DNA of 64,000 nt, taken from Desulfovibrionales bacterium. Its GTDB lineage: Bacteria; Desulfobacterota; Desulfovibrionia; Desulfovibrionales; JBKHAV01. How positions within the stretch are numbered: the stretch's first letter is position 1; each line of letters opens with the position of its first letter. Made by a program: the position numbers and the translations under genes. The stretch is from contig JBKHAV010000002.1 in NCBI GenBank assembly GCA_046542715.1, forward strand, positions 5,396 to 69,395. The letters run 5' to 3'. Below are positions 18,370 through 28,267 of this stretch, one piece after another. The notes below the pieces were generated by a model that had not been told where the DNA came from, made no database searches, and saw only the letters and a list, made by a program, of their open reading frames with translations.

Positions 18370-18867
18370 TCAAGATTGCCATATGCGGGTATCTTCCAGC
18401 CGGAACATCACCCTGGAAAGGGCCTGCGTCAAGGTGTCACCATCCGGAAATACAAGGGTTGGACAGATTTCATGCAAGGGAACCAGAACAAAGGCCCGTT
18501 CTCGCATGCGCGGATGGGGAAGGGTCAACTCCGCGGTATGGATCGTCTGCGTCCCGAAAAGGAGGAGATCGAGGTCAACGGTTCTCGGGCCCTTGGGGGT
18601 TTTTCGCACACGGCCCAAGGTTACTTCAATGTGCTGCAGATTTTTGAGAAGATCAAACGGATTCATATCCGTGCACTGCACTTCTACGACCTGATTCGCA
18701 AACCAGGGCTGTTCCCTGTGGTCCTGGGGCTCGGTTTCATAAATTCGGGAAAGGCGTGCCACTTCAAGACCAGGAACCTTCTGCAGTTTGCCACGCGCCT
18801 GTGCCAGGGAGCCTTCCCGGTCGCCCATGTTTGATCCCAATCCGACATATGCCTTGTGAACACCCAT
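18370..18867 (-). CDS. folK: 2-amino-4-hydroxy-6-hydroxymethyldihydropteridine diphosphokinase
   Basis: Internal ATG at complement of 18865-18867. AYVGLGSNMGDR, RTVDLDLLLFG, PHPRMRERAFVL. Confidence 0.9.
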   Translation of the reverse strand: MGVHKAYVGLGSNMGDREGSLAQARGKLQKVPGLEVARLSRIYETEPQDHREQPWFANQVVEVQCTDMNPFDLLKNLQHIEVTLGRVRKTPKGPRTVDLDLLLFGTQTIHTAELTLPHPRMRERAFVLVPLHEICPTLVFPDGDTLTQALSRVMFRLEDTRIWQS

Positions 18868-18898
18868 GATTGCGCCTGCAGTCTGCTGGTCCTTACCC

Positions 18899-18940
18899 AA
18901 AAAAAACGGCCCCGGAAAGGTTTTCTTTCGGGGCCGTTTT
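18899..18940 (-). terminator. Rho-independent terminator (bidirectional shape)
   Basis: A8-CGGCCCCG...CGGGGCCG-T4. On the minus strand the stem is followed by T8. Located after the 89-aa zinc-ribbon gene. Confidence 0.8.
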
Positions 18941-18961
18941 GAACACAAACCTCTGGTCCCC

Positions 18962-19231
18962 TTAATCCTCTTCCTCTTCCTGCAACTGCCGTGGAAACCA
19001 GGAACAAAGCGCGATGGGACGATAATTGCTGTCCACTTCCTCTGCATATCTGCACGCCCTGTGAGAACCGCCCTGCTCTGCTATATCCTTGGCAGAGCCG
19101 GTATAATACTCGCACTCATTGTTATTGCACACAAGCAGCTCGTTCCAGAAGGTTTCCGGCGGCGGAGCCCATGATTCAAGGGCATGGTTGCAGTGGGGAC
19201 AATATCGGACTTCCTTCTTCTCTTCAGCCAT
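18962..19231 (-). CDS. Small zinc-ribbon protein (89 aa), acidic C-terminal tail
   Basis: AAGGAG RBS. CPHC...CNNNEC pairs. Own terminator. Confidence 0.65.
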   Translation of the reverse strand: MAEEKKEVRYCPHCNHALESWAPPPETFWNELLVCNNNECEYYTGSAKDIAEQGGSHRACRYAEEVDSNYRPIALCSWFPRQLQEEEED

Positions 19232-19392
19232 TTCACTAACTCCTTACAATTGAACATTCCAATGCAGAATATGATAACCACAGAAAACATCAGGGCAAGA
19301 GTTGCGGGAAGAAACTCTTTTTTTCCCTTGAGCCCGGGAACAATGGAGATTATCGTCACTCTTCCCAACCGTCCCAACATAGGAATGAATTC

Positions 19393-20313
19393 ATGGAAGT
19401 CAAAGAGGTTTCAGACAATTCCCACTCCTGGCTGGACACCTATCTCGAATATCTGCTGGTCTCCAAAGGATTGTCCGAAAACAGCCTGAGTTCCTATGAA
19501 GCGGACCTGCGCAGCTTTTTGAGTTTTCTTCGGGAAAACACCATGGATCTACATGAGGTGACGGAAAACACGCTGTTTCTCTACCTGGTCCGTCTCAGAC
19601 GGAAGCAGTTCACCAATCGGACCATGGCCCGGCATCTCTCCTCATTGCGGGGTTTGTTTCAATTTCTTACCGAAGAAGGTCTTGTCAAGGAAAATCCGGC
19701 AATTTTGCTGGAAAATCCCAAAATTCCCAAGCTCTTGCCCGAGGTGCTTTCCGTCGTGGAAGTCCAGACTCTTGTGGAGCAGCCGGATACGGGCTGCAAG
19801 CTGGGGTTTCGAGACAGGACCATGCTCGAACTTCTCTATGCCGCAGGACTCAGGGTATCGGAACTCGTCTCGCTGACCACCCTTGATTTCGACAGTCAGA
19901 CCGGATTGCTCAAAGTCTGGGGCAAGGGGGGCAAGGAGCGTCTTGTGCCCTTGCATCAAACCGCCCACGATCTTTTGAGCGCATATCTTTCCTCGTGGCG
20001 CAGGTCGTTTTCACCGGTCGAAGCGACGATCTTCTGCAACCGTTCCGGGCGCGGGCTCACCAGGCAGGCTGTCTGGAAAATGATCAAAAAGTACGCGGCC
20101 CAGGCCGGGATCAGAAAGCATATCTCGCCCCACACCCTGCGCCACTCCTTTGCCACGCATCTGCTCGAGGGAGGGGCGGACTTGCGGACCGTTCAAACCC
20201 TGCTCGGCCACGCCGATATTTCAGCAACCGAAATCTACACCCATGTCCAGGGCAAACGGCTGAGGCAGATTCATGGTGTTCATCATCCCCGTTCAGGAAG
20301 GCAGTCACATTGA
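19393..20313 (+). CDS. xerD: Site-specific tyrosine recombinase XerD
   Basis: Full XerC/D layout. RHSFATHLLEGGADLRTVQTLLGHADISATEIYTHV. Confidence 0.9.
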   Translation: MEVKEVSDNSHSWLDTYLEYLLVSKGLSENSLSSYEADLRSFLSFLRENTMDLHEVTENTLFLYLVRLRRKQFTNRTMARHLSSLRGLFQFLTEEGLVKENPAILLENPKIPKLLPEVLSVVEVQTLVEQPDTGCKLGFRDRTMLELLYAAGLRVSELVSLTTLDFDSQTGLLKVWGKGGKERLVPLHQTAHDLLSAYLSSWRRSFSPVEATIFCNRSGRGLTRQAVWKMIKKYAAQAGIRKHISPHTLRHSFATHLLEGGADLRTVQTLLGHADISATEIYTHVQGKRLRQIHGVHHPRSGRQSH

Positions 20314-22997
20314 GTTCCAAGCCTCAGCCCAAACTCGACGCGCCGGTGGTCATAACTTCGCACATGAATGCGGATTTTGACGCCCTGGCAGCCATGGTCG
20401 CGGCCAGCAAGCTCTACAAGAATGCCGTGCTGATCTTTCCAGGAAGCCAGGAAAAGAGCATCAACAGCTTCTTCATCAACTCCACCATCTATCTCTACAA
20501 TTTTCACAACTTCAAGGAGATCGACCCTCAAACGGTCAAAACCCTGGTTGTGGTGGATACCCGTCAGCGTTCAAGAATTCCCCATGTGGCTTCGTTGCTG
20601 GAACAAGATGACCTGGAAATCCACACCTACGATCACCACCCGGCAACAGATGAAGACATTCCTTCGGATCGGGAAATCGTGAAACCCTGGGGATCGACCA
20701 CGGCGATTCTGGTCGACTTCCTGAAAAAAGAGGATACGGATCTCACGCCGGACGAAGCGACCCTGCTCGGTCTCGGCCTGTATGAAGACACTGGAAGTTT
20801 CACCTTCAGTTCCACCACCGAGCATGACTTCAATGCCGCAGCCTGGCTCATGCCCCGCGGTATGGACCTGAATACGATAAAGGATCTGCTCACCAGCGAT
20901 CTGAATGCCGATCAGATATCCATTCTGAACGATTTGCTCGAATCAGCCACCACCCACGACATCAATGGCGTTGAAGTGGTCATCACTGAGATTTCAACTG
21001 AAGGGTATGTGGCTGATTTCGCTCTGCTCGTGCACAAGATGATGGATATGGAAAACATTCGGGTGCTGTTTGCCCTCGGCCGGATGCAGGACCGTGTGCA
21101 CGTGGTGTCCCGCAGCAGGACACCGGAAGTCGATGTTGGACAAATCTGCTCCTCCATGGGGGGCGGGGGACATCCCTACGCCGCTTCGGCAACAGTCAAG
21201 GACCGCACTCTTGTTCAGATTAAAGACGAACTCTTCGGCCTGCTCTACTCCCAGATCAATCCGCAGATTCTTGTCCGAACCATCATGTCCAAGCCGCCGA
21301 TTTCCATCCGCAAAAAGGAGAAAATCGCGGATGCAGCAGAACTCATGACCAGGTTCGGGCTCAAGGCGCTTCCTGTTCTGGACTCGGAGACCGATACCTG
21401 TGTGGGCATCATCGAACACCAGCTCGCCGACAAGGCGGTGGGCCACGGCCTGGGTCAGGTGGAAACCCGGGAGTACATGATGCGGGATTTTTCCACTGCC
21501 TCTCAGGACACGGATCTCTATCCGGTCATGGAGATCATCCTCGGACAGCGCCAGCGGCTCGTTCCCATTGTCGAAAACCAACGGGTCGTCGGGGTGGTCA
21601 CCCGAACCGACCTCATCAACTTTCTGGTCGAGGAACCGGCTCGGCTGCCCGAGTCCCTTCTCCCTGAACGCAGGAAAGAGCGCAATATCCAGTCCCTGCT
21701 TCGAGAGCGGCTGCCCGAGAAGGCTCACGCCTTGCTCCAGCAGGCCGGAGAGGTGGCCGATGAGCTGCACTTCGACCTGTTCGCTGTTGGCGGGTTCGTG
21801 CGGGACATCCTCCTGCGCAGAGAAAACCTGGATCTGGACCTGGTGGTCGAGGGAGACGGGATCGTCTTTGCCAGAACCCTGGCCCGCAAAATTGGAGGGC
21901 GTGTCCGTGCCCATGAAAAATTCAAGACCGCGGTCATCATCCTTGAAGACGGTCAGCATGTCGATGTGGCTACGGCCAGGCTGGAGTACTACGAACATCC
22001 GGCAGCGCTGCCCACTGTCGAACTCTCCTCCATCAAAATGGATCTGTACCGGCGCGATTTCACGATCAACGCCCTGGCTGTACAGCTCAACTCCGCAACC
22101 TTCGGCCGTCTGGTCGATTTCTTCGGGGGACAGCGGGATATCAAGGAGGGGGTGATTCGGGTCCTGCATTCCTTGAGTTTCGTGGAAGACCCCACCAGAA
22201 TCCTTCGGGCTCTTCGCTTTGAGAAACGGTTCCATTTCCAGATCGGCCAGCACACCGAGCGGCTCATCAAGAATGCGGTTTCGTTGAACATGTTTTCCCG
22301 CCTTTCAGGACACCGGATTTTCGGGGAATTCAAACTGATCATTGAGGAAATGAATCCTGTCTCCTGCTTCAAGCGCATGGAAAAGTACAACATCCTCCAG
22401 TCCATCCACCCTCTTCTCAAACTTACTCCCAATGGCGAAGCCATTTTGGAAGAGATCGAAAAAGTGCTCAACTGGTACCGGCTGCTCTACCTGGAAGAGC
22501 AGCCGGAAAAATGGATCGTGTATTTCTTTGGATTATGCGCAGGCTACAATTCGGCGCAGACCAAGCTCATCTGCCGCAGGCTTCAGTTTTCCAGGCGAAT
22601 AGAAACCTCCTTTCTGGACCAGCGTGTCATGATCCAGGATACTGTGGGAAAGCTCCACGAGTGGTCACGGGGGAAAAAACTCCTGAGCGAGCTCTATTTC
22701 ATCCTTTCGCCCCTCTCCCTTGAGGGGACGCTTTTTCTCATGGCCAGGAGCCGGAAAGAAGACATGCGCCGGAGCATTTCCCTGTTTCTGACCCAGCTCA
22801 GAAATCAAAAAGTCGACATTACGGGTAAGGATCTGGCCGATCTGGGACTGGCCACCGGTCCGGTATATTCCGAGGTGCTCCAGCGAATCATGGCGGCCAA
22901 AATCGACGGGATGGCCTGCGACAGATCCGCCCAGCTCAAACTGGCGGAACGGATCGTTGATTCGGTTGACACCGAATCAGGGAAAGGCCGTTCTTGA
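20310..22997 (+). CDS. DHH/DHHA1 phosphoesterase - CBS pair - poly(A) polymerase/CCA-adding-type nucleotidyltransferase fusion
   Basis: Likely TTG start at 20310, overlapping the xerD stop (alternatives GTG 20346, ATG 20364). HMNADFDALAAM and YDHHP (DHH motifs). GGGGHPYAASA (DHHA1). CBS region. GGFVRD...DLDL NTase head motif. Confidence 0.85.
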   Translation: MSSKPQPKLDAPVVITSHMNADFDALAAMVAASKLYKNAVLIFPGSQEKSINSFFINSTIYLYNFHNFKEIDPQTVKTLVVVDTRQRSRIPHVASLLEQDDLEIHTYDHHPATDEDIPSDREIVKPWGSTTAILVDFLKKEDTDLTPDEATLLGLGLYEDTGSFTFSSTTEHDFNAAAWLMPRGMDLNTIKDLLTSDLNADQISILNDLLESATTHDINGVEVVITEISTEGYVADFALLVHKMMDMENIRVLFALGRMQDRVHVVSRSRTPEVDVGQICSSMGGGGHPYAASATVKDRTLVQIKDELFGLLYSQINPQILVRTIMSKPPISIRKKEKIADAAELMTRFGLKALPVLDSETDTCVGIIEHQLADKAVGHGLGQVETREYMMRDFSTASQDTDLYPVMEIILGQRQRLVPIVENQRVVGVVTRTDLINFLVEEPARLPESLLPERRKERNIQSLLRERLPEKAHALLQQAGEVADELHFDLFAVGGFVRDILLRRENLDLDLVVEGDGIVFARTLARKIGGRVRAHEKFKTAVIILEDGQHVDVATARLEYYEHPAALPTVELSSIKMDLYRRDFTINALAVQLNSATFGRLVDFFGGQRDIKEGVIRVLHSLSFVEDPTRILRALRFEKRFHFQIGQHTERLIKNAVSLNMFSRLSGHRIFGEFKLIIEEMNPVSCFKRMEKYNILQSIHPLLKLTPNGEAILEEIEKVLNWYRLLYLEEQPEKWIVYFFGLCAGYNSAQTKLICRRLQFSRRIETSFLDQRVMIQDTVGKLHEWSRGKKLLSELYFILSPLSLEGTLFLMARSRKEDMRRSISLFLTQLRNQKVDITGKDLADLGLATGPVYSEVLQRIMAAKIDGMACDRSAQLKLAERIVDSVDTESGKGRS

Positions 22998-23073
22998 CCA
23001 ATCCGGAAGCTTGCATTTACAAGTCCTTACACAGAGAGACTTTTTTGTCTCTATCGGGGAAAACTCAAGCAGG

Positions 23074-23544
23074 ATGATCATGGACCTTCGCACCTGTCCA
23101 AGAGTATCACTGATCGGAGCCGGGCGATGCGGCAAGAGCAGATATGAGCAGGCCAGAATCCTGGGAGGACTCCTTGCCCAAAGCGGCTTTACGATCATAT
23201 GCGGCGGGCTTGGGGGAATCATGGAAGGGGCTGCCCGGGGAGCGCAGGAGCACGGCGGGATCACCGTCGGGATTTTGCCCGGAAGCAACCCTTTGGAAGC
23301 CAATTCCTACATCACCTTTCCCCTGGCGACCGGCCTTGGCCCCATGCGGAACTATCTGGTGGTCCTGAACGGGGAAATCGTTGTGGCCATGGGAGGGGCA
23401 GCCGGGACCTTGTCGGAGATCGGGCTGGCCCTGAAGATCAACAAAACGGTCATCGGACTCGACGAGTGGGCTGAAATCCCCGGCGTGGTTCAGGCAGCCG
23501 GTCCGGACCACGTTGTTGAACTGGTCAAACACTATTTGCTATAG
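23074..23544 (+). CDS. TIGR00725-like Rossmann protein (LOG/DprA-related, SLOG superfamily)
   Basis: IICGGLGGIMEGAARGAQEHGGITVGILP...GGAAGTLSEIGLAL. Start is ATG 23074 or 23080. Confidence 0.75.
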   Translation: MIMDLRTCPRVSLIGAGRCGKSRYEQARILGGLLAQSGFTIICGGLGGIMEGAARGAQEHGGITVGILPGSNPLEANSYITFPLATGLGPMRNYLVVLNGEIVVAMGGAAGTLSEIGLALKINKTVIGLDEWAEIPGVVQAAGPDHVVELVKHYLL

Positions 23545-23548
23545 ATTG

Positions 23549-24034
23549 ATGATGGACGTACTCTGGGCACCTTGGAGAATCGACTATATTCTCGGTCCGA
23601 AAGCTGACAGCTGCGTGTTCTGTCTTCCGGCTGAACAGGACGCGGATGAGAAGACCCTCGTGCTCTACCGCGGGGCCCACAGCTTTGTGATCATGAACAG
23701 ATTCCCCTACATGAGCGGCCACTGTATGGTCGCCCCGATCCGCCACGTCCAATGCCTCACAGAGTTGAACAGTGCAGAGCGCCATGAAATCATGGACCTG
23801 ACAACAGAATGCATCCGGATACTGAAGGACGAGTTCAAGCCCGACGGCATCAATGCCGGTCTCAACCTTGGTGAAGCCGCTGGTGCGGGAATCGGGGAGC
23901 ACCTCCATTTCCATCAGGTTCCGAGGTGGGTCGGAGATGTCTCCTTTATGGCAGCCATCGGTTCTGCCACAGTCATTCCCGAACACCTGAAACGGGTTTA
24001 TGCACGACTCAGACCCTATTTCCAACGGCTCTGA
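23549..24034 (+). CDS. HIT-family nucleotide hydrolase/phosphorylase
   Basis: Histidine triad HLHFHQVPRW. N-terminus WAPWRIDYI...CVFC, as in Ap4A-phosphorylase-like HIT proteins. Confidence 0.85.
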   Translation: MMDVLWAPWRIDYILGPKADSCVFCLPAEQDADEKTLVLYRGAHSFVIMNRFPYMSGHCMVAPIRHVQCLTELNSAERHEIMDLTTECIRILKDEFKPDGINAGLNLGEAAGAGIGEHLHFHQVPRWVGDVSFMAAIGSATVIPEHLKRVYARLRPYFQRL

Positions 24035-24080
24035 TCCATGAGACAACTGCAGGGAACAATTCCATAACCCAGGAGGAAAC

Positions 24081-24425
24081 GTGCGCTACCTCAAAGTTCT
24101 CGCCTTGATTCTTTTTTTCTTCGTAGGCATGGTTTTTTTCGTTCAAAATACCGAAGCCCTGTCCGATGCCATCCAGCTCAGATTGAATCTCTTTCACTGG
24201 CGATGGATTTCCATTGAATTTCCCTATTACCTGCTCATTCTCATCTTTTTCGTCATCGGTGCGCTCTTCTCCCTGGCCTTTTTCCTGGCCGAAAAGATCC
24301 GTCTGACCAAACAACTGCGCGCTTGCAATCATAAGGTGCAGTCACTGCAACAGGAACTCAATTCTCTTCGCAATCTTCCCCTGGATGAGGAACGATATCC
24401 GGCAGAAGAACCCTCCACAGAATAG
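24081..24425 (+). CDS. lapA: Lipopolysaccharide assembly protein LapA (DUF1049)
   Basis: GTG start after AGGAGG. Two TM helices plus a coiled C-terminus. Directly upstream of lapB. Confidence 0.75.
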   Translation: MRYLKVLALILFFFVGMVFFVQNTEALSDAIQLRLNLFHWRWISIEFPYYLLILIFFVIGALFSLAFFLAEKIRLTKQLRACNHKVQSLQQELNSLRNLPLDEERYPAEEPSTE

Positions 24426-24437
24426 CAAGGTCAGATC

Positions 24438-25601
24438 ATGTCTACCTACACCTGGATAAAACGACTGTTTGCAGAGAAGAGAACCGCCTCGGAGCTGGAT
24501 CGGGGTCCCTTTTTTTCCTCTTTTGAAGGCAATCTGCCGCCAAACAGGGACACCCAGTCCGCCATCGGTGAGCTTTCCGCAGCAGTCAAAAACAATCCGG
24601 ATGCTGTAGAGATCTATCTTGCCCTGGGAAATTTATTTCGCTCCCAAGGGGAGATCGACAGGGCCATTCAGATCCGAAACAGTCTCATTGTCAGGCAGAA
24701 CCTGGATCCGCGGTTCAAGGCCAGGGCCTGGTTTGAAATGGGAAGGGATTACAAACGGGCCGGTTTTCTGGACCGGGCGCAAAGCGCTTTTGAACAGGCC
24801 AGAGCGCTTCTTGGGGATGACCCTGCCCTGCTCGAGGAAATGGCCAGGCTTGCGGCAGACAGCGGTGATTTCGAAAAAACAGCCGCATTCTACGGGAAGT
24901 TGAACAACCGCAGGGCCGAGGCCCACTATCTGGTTCGCCTGGCCCGGCAAAGTCAGACCAGAGGAGACAAAGGGGGAAGCAAAAAATGGCTCAACAAAGC
25001 CATGCGGGTTTTCTCCGGCTCTCCTGAAGCCTGGCTGGAAACCCTTCTTCAGGTCTATCAAAGCGGAGATTTTGAGAAGTTTTCACGGGAACTGAAAACT
25101 GCACTTGACCAAGTGGACCAAAACCTTTCCTTTGTCCTTTTGGAGGGTATTCTCGAATTTCCCATCCGGGTCAAGGAGGAAGGAACTTCCAGTCAGCCGG
25201 AGCCAGGAGAGAACGTTTCAGAATCCTTTCCTGTGGAATTTTGCAATTACCTCTTACCGGTTCTCGAACAGCAGCCTCAAGACCTGCTGATCTATTACTA
25301 CGGGGCCTGGCTCTCATTGCGATGCGGAGATTCGATCACAGCGCAGAACTGGTTTGAGAAGACGCTGCTTTTGAATTCGGATTTCTGGCCCGCCAGGCTC
25401 GAACTTCTGGCCAACTCCATTGAAGAGCAGAATCTCACTCCGGTTTTTAAAGTACAACTTGAATTTTTCCTGGACCGGGCCAGGAGAGTCAAAAGATTCG
25501 TCTGCCTCAAATGCGGCTTGAAACGGGAACAGATCTTCTTTGTCTGCCCCCGTTGTCAGGCCTGGCATTCGATCTCCTTTCGGCTCTCTTTGGGTGATTG
25601 A
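24438..25601 (+). CDS. lapB: Lipopolysaccharide assembly protein LapB (YciM): TPR plus C-terminal rubredoxin-like zinc site
   Basis: TPR repeats. C-terminus CLKCGLKREQIFFVCPRCQAWHS. Confidence 0.85.
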   Translation: MSTYTWIKRLFAEKRTASELDRGPFFSSFEGNLPPNRDTQSAIGELSAAVKNNPDAVEIYLALGNLFRSQGEIDRAIQIRNSLIVRQNLDPRFKARAWFEMGRDYKRAGFLDRAQSAFEQARALLGDDPALLEEMARLAADSGDFEKTAAFYGKLNNRRAEAHYLVRLARQSQTRGDKGGSKKWLNKAMRVFSGSPEAWLETLLQVYQSGDFEKFSRELKTALDQVDQNLSFVLLEGILEFPIRVKEEGTSSQPEPGENVSESFPVEFCNYLLPVLEQQPQDLLIYYYGAWLSLRCGDSITAQNWFEKTLLLNSDFWPARLELLANSIEEQNLTPVFKVQLEFFLDRARRVKRFVCLKCGLKREQIFFVCPRCQAWHSISFRLSLGD

Positions 25602-25636
25602 TTCAACAACACTAACCCCTCTTTTTTCAGGATATC

Positions 25637-28267
25637 GTGACCCAACCCAAGCTCACCCCCATGTTCGAGCAGTATCTGGGCATCAAGGGAGAATACCCTG
25701 ATGCCCTGCTCTTTTATCGTATGGGCGATTTTTACGAACTCTTTTTCGAGGATGCTGAACACGCCGCCCGGGAGCTGCAGATCGCCCTGACATCCAGGAA
25801 CCCCAACGCCGAGTTCAAGGTGCCCATGTGTGGAGTTCCCCACCATGCTGCAGAGGAGTACATCAGTCAGCTCCTTGAAAAGGGGTACAAGGTGGCCATC
25901 TGCGATCAGGTGGAGGATCCCAAGCAGGCCAAAGGGCTGGTCCGGCGAGAGGTGACGCGGGTGCTCACCCCTGGAACCGTGGTGGAAGACTCCAATCTGC
26001 ACTCCAAGGAGCATAACTTTCTCTGTTCGCTGTTCTGGGATGGACATTCAGGCGCCGGCGGTCTCGCCTGGGTGGATTTTTCCACCGGCGAGTGGAGCGG
26101 AATCCATTCCCGCAGTATTGCCGAACTCTGGCAGTGGACGGCAAAACTCGGTCCCAGAGAGCTGCTCCTGCCCCAGGGACTGGAACTTCCCCCCACCCTT
26201 GCTGATCTTTCCGCCGCTGTGCATCACGTCCCGGTCTCCCCGTTTTTCGACCTGGCAGGGGGGGAGGAAAAGGTCTGCCGCGCACAAAATACCTCCAGCC
26301 TGGAACCTCTGGACCTCGAGAGTCGACCCCAGCTCGTCAGGGCCTTGGGCGGCCTCCTCACCTATCTTTCCCAGACACAGAAGCAGGAGACCCTGCCCCT
26401 TGGAGAGTTCCAGACCTTGAACCTGAGCCGTCACCTGATCGTCGACGAGGTCACGGAACGCAATCTGGAAATATTCAAACGGATGGACGGCCGTAAAGGA
26501 GCGGGCACGCTTCTTCATGCCCTGGATCGGACCCTGACCCCCATGGGCGGCCGGCTGCTCGAACTCAGGCTGAAAAATCCCTGGCGAATCCTTCGCCCCA
26601 TCATGGAACATCAGGAATGCGTGCGTTTCTTTTTCCAGGAGGACCAGCTCCGTGAGGATTTTCGGCGCATGCTCGACAGGATTTTTGATCTCGAGCGGCT
26701 CAACACCAGGATACAGCTCGGCCGCTGCTCTCCCAAGGACTTCGTGGCGCTGCGGGAATCGCTCTGCAGTCTGCCAGCCATCCGGGAACTTCTGACCGGT
26801 CGGGAACTCCCCCCACGACTGAACCGAATTCTCTCCGAGTGGGACAACCTGGACGATCTCCGGGAACTGCTCGTCAGCGCCCTGGTGGATTCTCCCCCGC
26901 ACGTCATCACAGAGGGAGGGCTCTTCAAAGAGGGATTCGACCCTGGGCTGGACGAGTACATGGACCTGACCGAGCACGGCGAAGCGCGGCTCGAATCCCT
27001 TCTGCAGCACGAACGCCAGACCAACGATCTGCCCAAGCTCAAACTCGGGTACAACAGAGTGTTCGGGTATTATTTCGAACTTTCGCGGGCTCACCAGGGA
27101 GCGCTGCCGAACCATTTCATCCGCCGTCAGACTCTGGCCAACACCGAGCGATACATCACCGAGGAACTCAAGGAGTTCGAGGAAAAACTGCTTTCCGCCT
27201 CCCAAAAACGCAAAAGCCTTGAATATGCCCTTTTTCAGAAGCTGCGTGAGGAGGTGGCGCAGGCCCGCAACCGCCTCTCCACCCAGGCCAGGGCCCTGGC
27301 CCGGCTGGATTACTGGCAGGGGCTGGCCCACGCGGCCAGGCAGTGGGAGTGGACCCCCCCCGCCTTGCACCAGGGGCTGGAAATCCGCATCAAAGGGGGG
27401 CGACATCCAGCCATCGAGGCCTGTCAGGGGCGCTCCGACTTTATTCCCAACGACCTGCACCTCACCGCGGCGAACTCCCTCCTGCTCATCACCGGCCCGA
27501 ACATGGCGGGGAAATCCACGGTGCTCCGCCAGGCCGCCATTATCACTTTGTTGGCGCAGATCGGCTCTTTCGTGCCTGCCCAGGACGCCCTGATCGGAAT
27601 CGCCGACCGAATTTTCTCCCGGGTGGGCGCTTCTGACAACCTCTCCCAGGGGCAGTCCACCTTTATGGTGGAAATGACTGAAACTGCACGCATTCTGCGG
27701 CAGGCAGGGAAACGGAGCCTGGTCATTTTAGACGAGATTGGCCGGGGCACGTCCACCTTCGATGGTTTGGCTCTGGCCTGGGCCGTTGTTTTGGAGCTTG
27801 CCGAACGCAAAGACGGCATTCGCACGCTCTTTGCCACGCATTACCATGAACTTACCGACCTCGAGGGAAAAGTTCCTTCTGTGCGCAACTACAACATTGC
27901 GGTGAAGGAATGGAAGGGAGATATCGTGTTCTTGCGCCGGATGGTCCCGGGGCCGGCCGACCGCAGCTACGGCATCGAAGTGGCCAAGTTGGCGGGCGTG
28001 CCCCAAAACGTGGTCCGCAGGGCCAAAGAAATCCTCACAACCCTCGAGGAAAAAGCCCGCGGCATGCGCCGCCCCTTGTCACGCTCCGACGCCGGGCAGC
28101 GGCCTCTCCCTGGCCTGGCTGCTCCACAGAGCCCGGTAGAGCCGGTCGAGCATCCCCTGATCAAGGAACTCAACGGGCTGGATCCCGTGAATTTGACCCC
28201 GATGCAGGCCATGAACCTGCTGAACCGCTGGAAAGAAGAATGGGGAAGCGATGCGCACAAGAACTGA
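25637..28267 (+). CDS. mutS: DNA mismatch repair protein MutS
   Basis: GTG start. TPMFEQYLGIKGEYPDALLFYRMGDFYELF. Walker A GPNMAGKST. STFMVEM. Confidence 0.95.
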   Translation: MTQPKLTPMFEQYLGIKGEYPDALLFYRMGDFYELFFEDAEHAARELQIALTSRNPNAEFKVPMCGVPHHAAEEYISQLLEKGYKVAICDQVEDPKQAKGLVRREVTRVLTPGTVVEDSNLHSKEHNFLCSLFWDGHSGAGGLAWVDFSTGEWSGIHSRSIAELWQWTAKLGPRELLLPQGLELPPTLADLSAAVHHVPVSPFFDLAGGEEKVCRAQNTSSLEPLDLESRPQLVRALGGLLTYLSQTQKQETLPLGEFQTLNLSRHLIVDEVTERNLEIFKRMDGRKGAGTLLHALDRTLTPMGGRLLELRLKNPWRILRPIMEHQECVRFFFQEDQLREDFRRMLDRIFDLERLNTRIQLGRCSPKDFVALRESLCSLPAIRELLTGRELPPRLNRILSEWDNLDDLRELLVSALVDSPPHVITEGGLFKEGFDPGLDEYMDLTEHGEARLESLLQHERQTNDLPKLKLGYNRVFGYYFELSRAHQGALPNHFIRRQTLANTERYITEELKEFEEKLLSASQKRKSLEYALFQKLREEVAQARNRLSTQARALARLDYWQGLAHAARQWEWTPPALHQGLEIRIKGGRHPAIEACQGRSDFIPNDLHLTAANSLLLITGPNMAGKSTVLRQAAIITLLAQIGSFVPAQDALIGIADRIFSRVGASDNLSQGQSTFMVEMTETARILRQAGKRSLVILDEIGRGTSTFDGLALAWAVVLELAERKDGIRTLFATHYHELTDLEGKVPSVRNYNIAVKEWKGDIVFLRRMVPGPADRSYGIEVAKLAGVPQNVVRRAKEILTTLEEKARGMRRPLSRSDAGQRPLPGLAAPQSPVEPVEHPLIKELNGLDPVNLTPMQAMNLLNRWKEEWGSDAHKN

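Noticed and set aside
19393-20313. Tyrosine recombinase as a possible marker of an integrated mobile element.
   Set aside because: The sequence is a full-length XerD-type recombinase with housekeeping flanks. I saw no flanking direct repeats, tRNA target or phage/transposon genes.
20994-22253. 419-aa minus-strand ORF, along with similar ORFs at 10029..11111, 10735..11631, 30068..30880, 31348..32349, 41914..42711, 42714..43445 and 52523..53422.
   Set aside because: All are antisense to genes with strong family signatures. They are a common artefact of RNY-biased, GC-rich coding sequence.
26048-27460. 470-aa minus-strand ORF.
   Set aside because: Antisense shadow of mutS.
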